32,452 nucleotides of DNA. It comes from a bacterium. GTDB lineage: Bacteria > ARS69. Of the stretch, positions 16,446 to 25,661 are shown piece after piece; positions within the stretch are counted from its first letter, which is position 1, and the number at the start of each line of letters is the position of its first letter. The position numbers were made by a program, and so were the translations under genes. The stretch is from contig JALGZO010000673.1 in NCBI GenBank assembly GCA_025774865.1, positions 1 through 32,452 on the forward strand, in the 5' to 3' direction. Under the pieces are notes generated by a model. It did not search any database. It saw only the letters and a program-made list of their open reading frames with translations, and was not told where the DNA came from.

Positions 16446-17981
16446 TCAGTGCTTGTGCAGATCCTTGTGCATGATCCGCCGGAACTCGGTGATCTGCTCA
16501 GGCTTCGAGAGACTGGACAGGCGCGTCGCGAGATCCCGGTCGCTTTCCTGCCGGAGCTTCTCCGCCACGAGATCGATCCAGACGGGCGCGAAGCCGCGCT
16601 CCTCCAGGAACGCTCGTCGCGCCAGCAGCCGCTCCGCCGCTTCGGCGGCACTCGCGGGGAGAGTCTCGAGCGAGTCCGTCACGCCCGCGCCACGACCTCC
16701 ACCATGGTCGACCTCGAGCGACTTCGCGCGGTCCAGCGCTTCGTCCCGAGACAAACCATCCGCGACGCACAGCGTGACCGCCGCCAGCAGCAGGTGCGGA
16801 AATGCGCTTCCGTCGGGACTGCGAAACTCGACCGTGGCTTGGGAGCGCGCGTCCGGCGGCGGGCCCGACTCCGACGGATTCATGGCCTGGTCCATCCTGG
16901 TCGCGGTGCGGAAATCGAGCGGGATCCGGATGAGGCTGGAGCGATCGTGGCGTCCCCAGCAGACGTGAGTCGGCGCTTCCTGCCCCGGGACGAGGCGCAG
17001 ATAGCTGGAAGCGACCGTGTTTCCGAACGCCGTGAGGGCGGGCGCCTCGCCCAGCAGACCGCCGATCAGCCGGAGGGCATCCTCGGAGAGTTCTCCATCG
17101 TCGTCGCGCATCGTGTTGCGTCCGTCCCGCTCCAGGGCCAGGTGAAGGTGCATTCCGCTGCCGGCCATCCCCGGCTCGAGCTTCGGCGAGTACGTGACGG
17201 ACGCGCCGTACCGGTCGGCGATCACCCGGATCAGCCAGCGGGCCACCGACACCCACGTGCCCAGGTCCTCCACCGGGACGAGTGAGAGCTCGAGCTCGTA
17301 CTGCTCGGCGCGATGTCCTTGGAGCTCCGGATTCTCGGACTCGATCTGATCCAGGTAGCCGACCTCGCCGTGGCAGTACTTGACGCTCCCGGTCACCTCG
17401 CTGACGACGCGGAGGATCTCGTCCGCGACGTCTCGGCCGTGCAGGTACGGTTCGGCCTGGTGGTAGTTGCGCTGTGCCTTGCCGGTGAAGCGATCGTCGC
17501 CTCGTTCCATGATGAGATAGAACTCCAGCTCCGCGAGGGCGCGAAGCGTGGCGCCCGTCGAGGTTCGAAGGTTCTCCACCGCCGCGGCCAGCAGGTTGTC
17601 CGGAGTCACCGGACATGGTGAACCGTCGCGACCGGCGAACCGGCAGACGATGTCCATCTCGTCGGCCGCCCACGGATTCCGGAACGCCCACCGGTAGACG
17701 GGAACGACGTACAGGTCGCTTCCGGAGGAGTCGAAGAGGCCGGGGAACAGACTGGACCCATCGACGCGCTCACCGAAGGCTAGAACGCGCTCGAGATGCT
17801 CGGGATCCACGATGGGTATGCGCAATTCGCGGAGCTTGCCGTCGAACCCGGGGTAGCGGAGGTTGATCACGCGGATGCCGTCTTCCAGCACGAAGCGCAC
17901 GAGATCCTGCCGCTGCCACCGGTCGGGCGGCTTCCGAAGGCGCCGGACGAGCGGGCGCACGTCGTGGACGGGCTCTTCCAT
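16446..17981 (-). CDS. glnA: Glutamine synthetase family protein (GSI-like, about 500 aa type)
   Basis: GERVDGSSLF, ELEFY, H.EVG, Q.E.E, PK....AGSGMHLH, SYLRLVPGQEAP, R...IRIP and EFRSPD motifs. Confidence 0.9.
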   Translation of the reverse strand: MEEPVHDVRPLVRRLRKPPDRWQRQDLVRFVLEDGIRVINLRYPGFDGKLRELRIPIVDPEHLERVLAFGERVDGSSLFPGLFDSSGSDLYVVPVYRWAFRNPWAADEMDIVCRFAGRDGSPCPVTPDNLLAAAVENLRTSTGATLRALAELEFYLIMERGDDRFTGKAQRNYHQAEPYLHGRDVADEILRVVSEVTGSVKYCHGEVGYLDQIESENPELQGHRAEQYELELSLVPVEDLGTWVSVARWLIRVIADRYGASVTYSPKLEPGMAGSGMHLHLALERDGRNTMRDDDGELSEDALRLIGGLLGEAPALTAFGNTVASSYLRLVPGQEAPTHVCWGRHDRSSLIRIPLDFRTATRMDQAMNPSESGPPPDARSQATVEFRSPDGSAFPHLLLAAVTLCVADGLSRDEALDRAKSLEVDHGGGRGAGVTDSLETLPASAAEAAERLLARRAFLEERGFAPVWIDLVAEKLRQESDRDLATRLSSLSKPEQITEFRRIMHKDLHKH

Positions 17982-18130
17982 GATCTCTGTTTAGCGGAAT
18001 CGGGCGTGCCCGACCAGGCTGAACGCGAGGAAGGCACTACCAGGGCATGTCGAGCATATGGCCCGGGGATGTGGCAATCTACTCGGGCTGATGTTCTCGT
18101 GATCGGAGAGAGCGGAAGGGAGGCAACCAC

Positions 18131-19150
18131 ATGGACTCGGCCATTCGCTCCCGCATTACCGGTGTCGGTTCGTACGTACCACCACGGGTCGTCACGAACC
18201 AGGAGCTCACGGAGTACATGGACACCTCTGACGAGTGGATCGTCGAGCGGACCGGCATTCACACTCGCCATTGGGTGGATCCGGAGACGTCGACCTCCGA
18301 CCTGGCCCTGGAGGCGGCTCAGCGCGCGCTGGCCGCCGCTGGCGTGGACGGACCCGACCTCGACATGATCATGCTCGCCACGCTGAGTCCGGATCACCAG
18401 TTTCCGGGAACGGCATGCTTCCTCCAGGCCAAGATGGCCTTGCCCGGAGTCCCGGCTCTGGACGTGCGTCAGCAATGCAGCGGTTTCATCTATGCGATGG
18501 CGATCGCCGACCAGTTCATTCGCGCCGGTACGTATCAGAAGGTGCTCATCGCCGGCGCCGAAGTTCATTCGAAGGGGCTCGAGCTGAGCACGCGAGGCCG
18601 CGACGTCAGCGTGTTGTTCGGCGATGGAGCGGGCGCGGTCGTCGTGGAAGCGGCTCAGGTCACCGATCCCGAGCGCGAGCCCCACGTCTTTTCCACCCAC
18701 CTCCACGCCGACGGGACCTTCGCCAAAGAGCTCTGGCTCGGCGCACCCGGGATGGGGTACGTGGGACCGTACGTGAACGAGGGGGCGTTCGAGCGAGGCG
18801 AGCAGTACCCGCAGATGAACGGGCGCACGGTCTTCGTCCACGCCGTGAAGCACATGGCCGAATCCGTGATGGAAGCCCTCGACGCCAACGGCGTGGAGCT
18901 CGAGGACGTAGAGCTGTTCTTCTTCCATCAAGCGAACCAGCGCATCAGCGAGGCCGCCGCGCATCGACTCGGCATTCCCGGCGACAAGGTGTTCAACACG
19001 ATCGACCGGTTCGGAAACACGACGGCGGCTTCGATCCCCATCGGCCTGGACTGCGCCGTTCAAGCGGGCAAGTTGCAGCCCGGCATGCTGGTCGCCTGCG
19101 CGGCGTTCGGCAGCGGGTTCACCTGGTGCTCTCTGCTGCTCCGGTGGTGA
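18131..19150 (+). CDS. fabH: 3-oxoacyl-ACP synthase III
   Basis: DTSDEWIVERTGI, catalytic Cys (QQCSGF), His (HQANQRI) and Asn (GNT), LFGDGAGA and FGSGFTW motifs. Confidence 0.95.
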   Translation: MDSAIRSRITGVGSYVPPRVVTNQELTEYMDTSDEWIVERTGIHTRHWVDPETSTSDLALEAAQRALAAAGVDGPDLDMIMLATLSPDHQFPGTACFLQAKMALPGVPALDVRQQCSGFIYAMAIADQFIRAGTYQKVLIAGAEVHSKGLELSTRGRDVSVLFGDGAGAVVVEAAQVTDPEREPHVFSTHLHADGTFAKELWLGAPGMGYVGPYVNEGAFERGEQYPQMNGRTVFVHAVKHMAESVMEALDANGVELEDVELFFFHQANQRISEAAAHRLGIPGDKVFNTIDRFGNTTAASIPIGLDCAVQAGKLQPGMLVACAAFGSGFTWCSLLLRW

Positions 19151-19241
19151 TCCGGGAGGTCGGCGAATCCGTTTCGAGCCGGTGGAGGCGCCGTCGTGAA
19201 CTCGCATGAGGGCCGGCCCGAGATCGCCAGGGCGCCTCCCC

Positions 19242-19270
19242 TTGACGACATCCGGATATCTGCATATCTA
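19242..19270 (+). promoter_or_regulatory. Sigma70-like promoter (TTGACG-17 bp-TATCTA) with an imperfect palindrome in the spacer, candidate ArsR operator
   Basis: -35 at 19242-19247, -10 at 19265-19270. ATCCGGATATCTGCAT (19250-19265) matches its reverse complement at 12/16 positions. It lies about 35 nt upstream of the ArsR gene. Confidence 0.6.
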
Positions 19271-19304
19271 ATACCGGACCCGGTACTCGTGAAAGGGCCC
19301 GGAG

Positions 19305-19643
19305 ATGTCGGAAGCGATCCCACAGGCAGCTATCGAAAGGCTGGTCAACGACTTGGAGCTGGCCGAGCAGCGTGCGGAGATCCTCCGGGCGCTGGGGAAC
19401 CCGGTCCGTCTCCGCCTCGTGGCGCGGCTCTGCTTCTCCCAGGAGAGAACGGTCAGCGAGCTCTGCGACGAGCTCGGCCTCGCCCAGTCCACGGTGTCCC
19501 GGCAGCTGGGGGCGCTTCGGCTCCTGGGCCTCGTTCGCTGCCGGCAGGACGGCGGCTTCCGGTTCTACTCGCTCGCCCTTCCCCAGGTCGTGTCGCTCAT
19601 TGAGTGCCTGGCCACGTGTCGGCCGGACTTGCCCCACCTGTAG
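19305..19643 (+). CDS. ArsR/SmtB family transcriptional regulator, possibly persulfide-sensing
   Basis: LRALGNPVRLRL...TVSEL...LGLAQSTVSRQL..LR..GLV.....G....YSL winged helix; five Cys including a C-terminal CxxxC. Confidence 0.9.
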   Translation: MSEAIPQAAIERLVNDLELAEQRAEILRALGNPVRLRLVARLCFSQERTVSELCDELGLAQSTVSRQLGALRLLGLVRCRQDGGFRFYSLALPQVVSLIECLATCRPDLPHL

Positions 19644-19664
19644 AGGAAGAAAGGGTCGCGGAAG

Positions 19665-21878
19665 ATGGGGGTCACACGGCGTCAGTTCCTCAAGATCGGC
19701 GGAGCCGCCGCCGGCGCCAGCGTCGGCTCCGGGCTCGTCACGGACTGGTGGGGTCTCGATCCGGACGTCGTCCACGATCCGGCCACCGACGGCGACCGAA
19801 TCGTCCCCACGTTCTGCGAGATCTGCTTCTGGAAGTGCGGCGTCCTCGCCCACGTGAAGGACGGCCGCGTCACGAAGATCACCGGCAATCCCGAGCATCC
19901 TCTCTCCCGGGGCCGACTCTGCCCCCGCGGCACCGGTGGCACCGGTCTCCTCTACGATCCGGATCGGCTGAAGAAGCCGCTCCTTCGCCGAGAGAAACGT
20001 GGCGCGCAGTCCTTCGAGGCAGTCAGCTGGGACGACGCACTCGACACCGTCGCGGAAGGGATGCTGAAGATCCAGGAACGCTACGGACCCGAGGCACTTG
20101 CCCTCTACAATCACGGCTACGGGGCGAGTTGGTTCAAGCACCTCCTTCGCGCCTACGGTTCTCCGAACATCGCCGCCCCTTCCTATGCCCAGTGCCGCGG
20201 ACCTCGTGAGGTCGGCTTCCAGCTGACCTTCGGCGCCGGGGTCGGTTCTCCCGAGAAGACCGACATGGCGAACTCGCGGGTCATCACCCTGATCGGTTCG
20301 CACCTCGGCGAGAACATGCACAACACCCAGGTCCAGGATCTCGCGACCGCGCTCGATCGTGGCGCCGAGCTCGTGGTCGTCGATCCGCGCTACTCCACCG
20401 TCGCCGGCAAGGCGCGCTACTGGCTCCCGATCAAGCCCGGCACCGACCTCGCGCTGCTCCTCGCATGGATGCACGTGATCGTGAAGGAAGGGCTCTACGA
20501 CCGCGATTACCTCGACCGGTACGCCATCGGCCTCGACGAGCTGAAGAAGCACCTCGAGGACAAGACTCCGGAATGGGCGTGGGTGCAGACGACGATTCGG
20601 CCCGAGACGATCGTGGAGACGGCGCGCTTTCTCGCCGGCGCGCGGCCAGCGTCCCTCGTTCACCCGGGGCGCCACGTCACGTGGTACGGCGACGACACGC
20701 AGCGGAGCCGGGCCATCGCGATGCTGAACGCGCTGCTCGGTTCCTGGGGACGGCGCGGGGGATTCGTCTTCCCGAATCAGATCTCGCTCCCGAAGTACCC
20801 GTACACGGCCTACGGCAAGAACCCGCCGCTTCCCGCTGACACCCCCAGGGGCACGGTCTACCCGCTCGCGGACGCGACCCTCGCCTCGGGAATGTGCGAC
20901 GCGAGCATTCCGGGCACGGCCGACTACGACATCAAGGGATGGATCGTCTACGGCTCGAATCTCCTGCAATCCCTGCCCGATCCGGAGAAGACGAAGCGGG
21001 CCCTGCAGGAGCTCGACCTCGTCGTCGTGGTGGACGTGCTGCCGGCGGAGATCGCGGGCTGGGCCGACGTGGTGCTGCCCGAGTGCACGTACCTCGAGCG
21101 GTGCGACGAAGTACACACGCCGGCCTATCAGGAGCCCTTCCTCGCGGTGCGCCAGCCGGTCGTCCCGCCCATGTACGACACGAAGCCAGGCTGGTGGATC
21201 GCGCGCGAGATCGCCCACCGGATCGGTCTCGCGGACTACTTCCCCTGGGAAGACAGCATCGAGTACGCGAAGCAACGCGTGAAGTCCGGCGGCTTCGACT
21301 GCGACGTGCTCATGGAGAAGGGAGTCGTCGTCGCCGACGCCGGGCCGGTCACGATCGAAGAGGGACTCGAACCCGACTTCCCCACCCCTTCCGGCAAGAT
21401 CGAACTCCATTCCGAGCAGCTCGCGGACGCGGGCTTCGATCCCGTGCCGAACTTCACGGCCCCCGAGGAACCGCCGCCGGGACACTTCCGGCTCCTCTTC
21501 GGACGGGCCCCGGTCCACACCTTCGGCCGGACCACGAACAACCGCTTCCTCTCCGAGGTCTACGACGAGAACGAGATCTGGGTGAACGCGCGCATGGCCG
21601 AGGAGCTCGGCCTCGAGAACGGCGAGCGTGTGACGCTGGTGAACCAGGACGGCGTGCGCTCCGAGCCGATCCGTGTGAAGGCCACCCAGCGAATTCGGTC
21701 CGACTGCGTGTACATGGTGCACGGCTACGGGCACAGCGCGAAGGGATTGCGGTTCGCGCGTGGTCGTGGCGCGGATGACAGCAAGCTCGTCACACGCTAC
21801 CGCACGGATCCGATCATGGGGGGCACGGGAATGAACGTGAACTTCGTGCGGATCGAGAGAGCCGGGGTACCGGCATGA
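19665..21878 (+). CDS. psrA: Polysulfide/thiosulfate reductase catalytic molybdopterin subunit
   Basis: Tat signal TRRQFLK, CEICFWKC...LCPRG 4Fe-4S motif, PSYAQCRGPR (Cys Mo ligand region), DVVLPECTYLER and C-terminal HT.GRT.NN domain. Confidence 0.9.
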   Translation: MGVTRRQFLKIGGAAAGASVGSGLVTDWWGLDPDVVHDPATDGDRIVPTFCEICFWKCGVLAHVKDGRVTKITGNPEHPLSRGRLCPRGTGGTGLLYDPDRLKKPLLRREKRGAQSFEAVSWDDALDTVAEGMLKIQERYGPEALALYNHGYGASWFKHLLRAYGSPNIAAPSYAQCRGPREVGFQLTFGAGVGSPEKTDMANSRVITLIGSHLGENMHNTQVQDLATALDRGAELVVVDPRYSTVAGKARYWLPIKPGTDLALLLAWMHVIVKEGLYDRDYLDRYAIGLDELKKHLEDKTPEWAWVQTTIRPETIVETARFLAGARPASLVHPGRHVTWYGDDTQRSRAIAMLNALLGSWGRRGGFVFPNQISLPKYPYTAYGKNPPLPADTPRGTVYPLADATLASGMCDASIPGTADYDIKGWIVYGSNLLQSLPDPEKTKRALQELDLVVVVDVLPAEIAGWADVVLPECTYLERCDEVHTPAYQEPFLAVRQPVVPPMYDTKPGWWIAREIAHRIGLADYFPWEDSIEYAKQRVKSGGFDCDVLMEKGVVVADAGPVTIEEGLEPDFPTPSGKIELHSEQLADAGFDPVPNFTAPEEPPPGHFRLLFGRAPVHTFGRTTNNRFLSEVYDENEIWVNARMAEELGLENGERVTLVNQDGVRSEPIRVKATQRIRSDCVYMVHGYGHSAKGLRFARGRGADDSKLVTRYRTDPIMGGTGMNVNFVRIERAGVPA

Positions 21879-22441
21879 GCGCGCGGAGGAAGCGCCACGC
21901 GATGATCGTCGACACGACTCTCTGTGTCGGCTGCCAGGCGTGCGTCCTGGCCTGCAAGGCGGAGAACGACGTTCCGGACGGGTACTGCCGCGATTGGATC
22001 GTGGAGGAAGTCCGAGGCGAGTTCCCCGGGTTGCAGGCGGAGATCCGCTCCGAGCGCTGCAACCATTGCAGCCATCCCCCCTGCGTCACGGCCTGCCCCA
22101 CCGGGGCGAGCCACGTGAACGAGGGGGGTACGATCCTCGTCACCCACGACAAATGCACCGGCTGCAAAGCCTGTATCTCCGCCTGCCCCTACGACGCCCG
22201 CTTCGTGCACCCGAACGGATACGTGGACAAGTGCACGTTCTGTCTGCACCGCGTGCAGCGCGGCCAGCTTCCGGCCTGCGTCGAGGTCTGCCCGACCTCT
22301 TGCCTCCACTTCGGCAACCTCGAGGATCCGGCTTCCGACGTCGCCCGGCTCCTGCGCACCCGACCCTGGAAGGTGAATCAGCCCGAGACCGGCTGCGAGC
22401 CGAACGTCTTCTTCCTGACCGGGAGGGAGCGTCATGCGTAG
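21875..22441 (+). CDS. psrB: Polysulfide reductase 4Fe-4S subunit (PsrB/NrfC family)
   Basis: CVGCQACVLAC, CNHCSHPPCVTACP, CTGCKACISACP and KCTFC...PACVEVCP motifs. Confidence 0.92.
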   Translation: MSARRKRHAMIVDTTLCVGCQACVLACKAENDVPDGYCRDWIVEEVRGEFPGLQAEIRSERCNHCSHPPCVTACPTGASHVNEGGTILVTHDKCTGCKACISACPYDARFVHPNGYVDKCTFCLHRVQRGQLPACVEVCPTSCLHFGNLEDPASDVARLLRTRPWKVNQPETGCEPNVFFLTGRERHA

Positions 22442-23411
22442 CGTCACCGAGCTCCTCGAGGTCGTTCACGGACGGCACAACGAATTGATCGATCCCGGCC
22501 TCCACGTATGGGGCTGGGAGATTCCGGTCTATCTCTTCCTCGGCGGGCTCGCGGCGGGGCTCCTGATTCTGCCGGCCGCCCTCGAGTGGCGGCGCGAGCG
22601 GGAAGGCGACGATCAACTCGCGACGGCCGTGCGCTGGGCTCCGCTCATGGCCCTCGGGATGATCTCGATCGGGATGCTCGCGCTGTTTCTCGATCTCGAG
22701 TTCAAGCTGCACGTGTATCGCTTCTACCTCTCGTTCGAGGCAGCGAGCCCCATGTCCTGGGGCGCCTGGATCCTTCTCCTCGTCTACCCCGTCGGCTGGT
22801 TTCTCGGGATCGGCCTCACGAACTACCGGGAACGGGCGCGCCTCGGGCGCGGTTGGACGCGCACCGTGGTCGAGCTCACGGCGCGCGTGTTCCGAAATCA
22901 CCGTGAGGTGGTGCTGGCGGGAAACGTCGTCGCGGGCGTGGCGCTCGGGACGTACACCGGGCTCCTGCTCGGAGCACTCGCCGCCCGACCGCTCTGGAAC
23001 AGCACGATCCTGGGTCCGCTCTTCCTCGTGTCCGGCCTCTCGACGGCGGCCGCCTGGCTCTCGCTCTTCCGTCTTCCCGAAGCGCTCCACCTCCGGCTCA
23101 GCCGCTGGGAGATGGGACTTCTCGGAACCGAGGCGGCGTTCCTCGCCATGTATCTGCTCGACCTCGCAACCGGAGCGCGAGCGAGCGCCGCCGCGGCCCG
23201 CGTCCTTCTCGGCGGGCCGTGGACCGGGCCGTTCTGGTCCGTCGTCTTCGGAATGGGGCTCGCGGTCCCCTTCGCCCTGAAGTGGGTGGAGACGACGCGC
23301 CACCAACGGCCCGCGCTCGCCGCTCCCGTCCTGGTTCTCCTGGGGGGCTTGGGTCTCCGCTGGATCCTGGTCGCGGCCGGACAAACCGCCTCGTACGCGA
23401 TGTTGCCGTAG
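22434..23411 (+). CDS. psrC: Polysulfide reductase membrane anchor (PsrC/NrfD family)
   Basis: WGWEIPVYLFLGGL, LDL, SPMSWGAWIL, YTGLLL...RPLWN and LRW motifs; eight TM helices. Confidence 0.9.
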   Translation: MRSVTELLEVVHGRHNELIDPGLHVWGWEIPVYLFLGGLAAGLLILPAALEWRREREGDDQLATAVRWAPLMALGMISIGMLALFLDLEFKLHVYRFYLSFEAASPMSWGAWILLLVYPVGWFLGIGLTNYRERARLGRGWTRTVVELTARVFRNHREVVLAGNVVAGVALGTYTGLLLGALAARPLWNSTILGPLFLVSGLSTAAAWLSLFRLPEALHLRLSRWEMGLLGTEAAFLAMYLLDLATGARASAAAARVLLGGPWTGPFWSVVFGMGLAVPFALKWVETTRHQRPALAAPVLVLLGGLGLRWILVAAGQTASYAMLP

Positions 23412-23425
23412 GAAGGAGCTTCGAC

Positions 23426-23980
23426 ATGCGCCCTCGACCTTTCTGGAATCCTTACCTGGCCGGCGTCGTGCTCGGTGTCGTGCTCCTCGCCTCGTTCCTC
23501 GTGATGGGCTGGGGGCTCGGCTCGTCCGGCGCGGTCACGCGCTTCGGAGTCGGCGCCGCCCACCTGATCGCTCCCGAGGCCGTCGAGTCGAACGACTACT
23601 TCGCTCGTTACCTGGGAGACACGCACATCCTCGACGACTGGCTCGTCTTCCTCGTGCTGGGCGTCTTCCTCGGCGGGCTCTTCGGGGCCTACACGGGAGG
23701 GCGACTCCGCTCCGAGGTGGTGCGAGGCGAGGTGTTCGAGCGACAGCGCGGAAGCGGCGGAGGCCCTCGTCGGTTCGGCGTCTCCCCCCGCACGCGCCTC
23801 GCGCTCGCGCTCTCGGGCGGCGTGATCATGGGGATCGCGGCCCGCCTGGCTCGCGGCTGCACGTCTGGACAGGCGCTCACCGGCGGCGCGCTGCTCTCGG
23901 TCGGCGCGTGGGTCTTCATGTTCGCGGTGTTCGCCGGAGGCTACCTCGTGGCTCCGCTCGTGCGGAGGCAGTGGCGATGA
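23426..23980 (+). CDS. YeeE/YedE (TsuA/PmpA-like) sulfur-compound transporter half
   Basis: WNPYLAG, GLGSSG, G.FLGG and ARLARGCTSGQALTGGA motifs. ATG 23426 with AAGGAG RBS. Confidence 0.88.
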   Translation: MRPRPFWNPYLAGVVLGVVLLASFLVMGWGLGSSGAVTRFGVGAAHLIAPEAVESNDYFARYLGDTHILDDWLVFLVLGVFLGGLFGAYTGGRLRSEVVRGEVFERQRGSGGGPRRFGVSPRTRLALALSGGVIMGIAARLARGCTSGQALTGGALLSVGAWVFMFAVFAGGYLVAPLVRRQWR

Positions 23981-25149
23981 ACGAGCTCCCCCTCTACATG
24001 AAGGATGCGTTCGGTCATCCCGCGGGTCTCGTGATCGCCACCGCGCTGGGTTTCGCGTTCGGCTTCGTGCTCGAAAGATCGGGATTCGGACGCGCGTCGA
24101 TCCTCGCCGCGCAGTTCTACTTCACGAACCTTCGCGTCCTGAAGGTCATGTTCGCCGCCATCGTCACGGCGCTGCTCGGCATCACGATCCTCTCGGGGCT
24201 CGGCATCCTCGATCTCGAAGCGATGCGCGTCCCGGAGACGTGGCTCTGGCCGCAGCTCGTCGGCGGGCTCTTGCTCGGCGCCGGCTTCATCATCTCGGGC
24301 TACTGCCCGGGAACGGGCGTCGTGGCCCTGGCGTCGGGAAAGTGGGACGGGCTCGTGGCGATCGTCGGGGTGATGCTGGGATCGGTGGCGTTCGGGTTCG
24401 CGTATCCGTTCCTCGCCGGTTTCTACACGAGCGGCCACCTCGGAGTCCTGCGGCTCCCGGAGCTTCTCGGTTTACCGCAGGCGGTCGTGGCGGCCGCCGT
24501 GGTGCTCATGGCGCTCGGGATGTTCGCGGGCGGCGAGATCGTCGAGAGGAAGTTCGGACCGCGCGGCAACCGCCGGCTCGAACGTCCGAGATCGGGCGAT
24601 CCAGTCCATCGGCGCCGCGTGTTCGCAGGGCTGTCCGTGGCGATGGGGCTCGGTGTCCTGACGCTCTTGGCCCCGAAGGCGGCGACCGTCGAGGCGTCGC
24701 GCGGATTCGGCTCGATGAGCGCGCGCGAGCTCGCGACCCGTCTCGTGGAGGATCCGTCGAGCGTGTGGCTGGTCGATCTTCGGGACGAAACGGAGAGCCG
24801 GATTCCCGGCGCGATTCCCTTGGCGGGAGACGACACAGCGCTACTGGCTGATCTTCCCTCGACTCGCTCGCTCGTCCTCTACGCGGAGGCCGACCCCGAG
24901 GTACCTGCCTCTGCGCACCACTTCGACGGAGATGTCTTCGTTCTCGAGGGCGGGTACCGGGCCTTCGCCAGAGAGATCCTCGAGCCGCCGGTTCTCTCTC
25001 CGGAAGCCACGGCGCACGACGTCGACGATTACCGGCTACTCTCCGCGCTACACGCGTACTTCACGGGAGCGTCGGTCGTCGAGGCGCCACCGGCCGTGAC
25101 CCCGAGGAAGTTGCAACGGAAGACACCCAAGAAGGGCGGCGGCTGTTGA
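23977..25149 (+). CDS. YeeE/YedE transporter half fused to a rhodanese-like domain and a C-terminal KKGGGC tail
   Basis: FGFVLERSGF, VLKVMF.AI and GYCPGT (YeeE). Then LVDLR...IPGAI...LVLY...VLEGG (rhodanese fold). ATG overlaps the previous stop. Confidence 0.85.
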   Translation: MNELPLYMKDAFGHPAGLVIATALGFAFGFVLERSGFGRASILAAQFYFTNLRVLKVMFAAIVTALLGITILSGLGILDLEAMRVPETWLWPQLVGGLLLGAGFIISGYCPGTGVVALASGKWDGLVAIVGVMLGSVAFGFAYPFLAGFYTSGHLGVLRLPELLGLPQAVVAAAVVLMALGMFAGGEIVERKFGPRGNRRLERPRSGDPVHRRRVFAGLSVAMGLGVLTLLAPKAATVEASRGFGSMSARELATRLVEDPSSVWLVDLRDETESRIPGAIPLAGDDTALLADLPSTRSLVLYAEADPEVPASAHHFDGDVFVLEGGYRAFAREILEPPVLSPEATAHDVDDYRLLSALHAYFTGASVVEAPPAVTPRKLQRKTPKKGGGC

Positions 25150-25177
25150 TCGCCGTGTCAGGCAAGGAGGTGCCGTC

Positions 25178-25660
25178 ATGCTGCAGGCCACGGTGAAGAG
25201 AGTCGAGGGGTACAGCCTCCTCGGCAAGTCGAACAGCAACCACTGGATTCCGATGGACGGCCCGAAGAAGATCGGGGCCGAGGACGCGGCCGCTCGCCCG
25301 AAGGAGCTCCTGCTCCTGGCGCTGGGAGGGTGCACGGCCTTCGACGTCGAAATGATTCTCCGCAAGCGACGCGTGCAGCTCGATCGGTTCGACGTCGAGC
25401 TCGAAGCCGACGAAGCCGGCGATCACCCCATGGTCTTCACGGAGGTCCGGATGACCTATCGCTTCGAGGGCGAACAGGTGCCGGCGGCCGACGTCGAGCG
25501 AGCGATTCGGCTCTCGGAGGAGAAGTACTGCTCCGTGAGCGCGATGCTCCGGAAGGCGTTCCCGATCCGGTGGAGGGCCACGATCAACGGCGACGAGGTC
25601 CTCACCGGCCCGGCGCCCCCGGAGCCCGACATGATGCGACTCGCGGGCCCGGCCGCGTAG
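25178..25660 (+). CDS. OsmC/YhfA family protein
   Basis: RPKELLL.ALGGCT..D and LSEEKYCSVS two-Cys motif; AAGGAGG RBS. Confidence 0.9.
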   Translation: MLQATVKRVEGYSLLGKSNSNHWIPMDGPKKIGAEDAAARPKELLLLALGGCTAFDVEMILRKRRVQLDRFDVELEADEAGDHPMVFTEVRMTYRFEGEQVPAADVERAIRLSEEKYCSVSAMLRKAFPIRWRATINGDEVLTGPAPPEPDMMRLAGPAA

Positions 25661-25661
25661 C

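Noticed and set aside
19119-21734. 871-aa minus-strand ORF opposite psrA
   Set aside because: Antisense shadow of a well-supported gene in GC-rich DNA; no recognisable motifs.
25144-25180. Possible selenocysteine read-through at GGC TGT TGA (Cys-Sec)
   Set aside because: No convincing SECIS-like hairpin follows, and the osmC RBS and start lie immediately downstream, so TGA is best read as stop.
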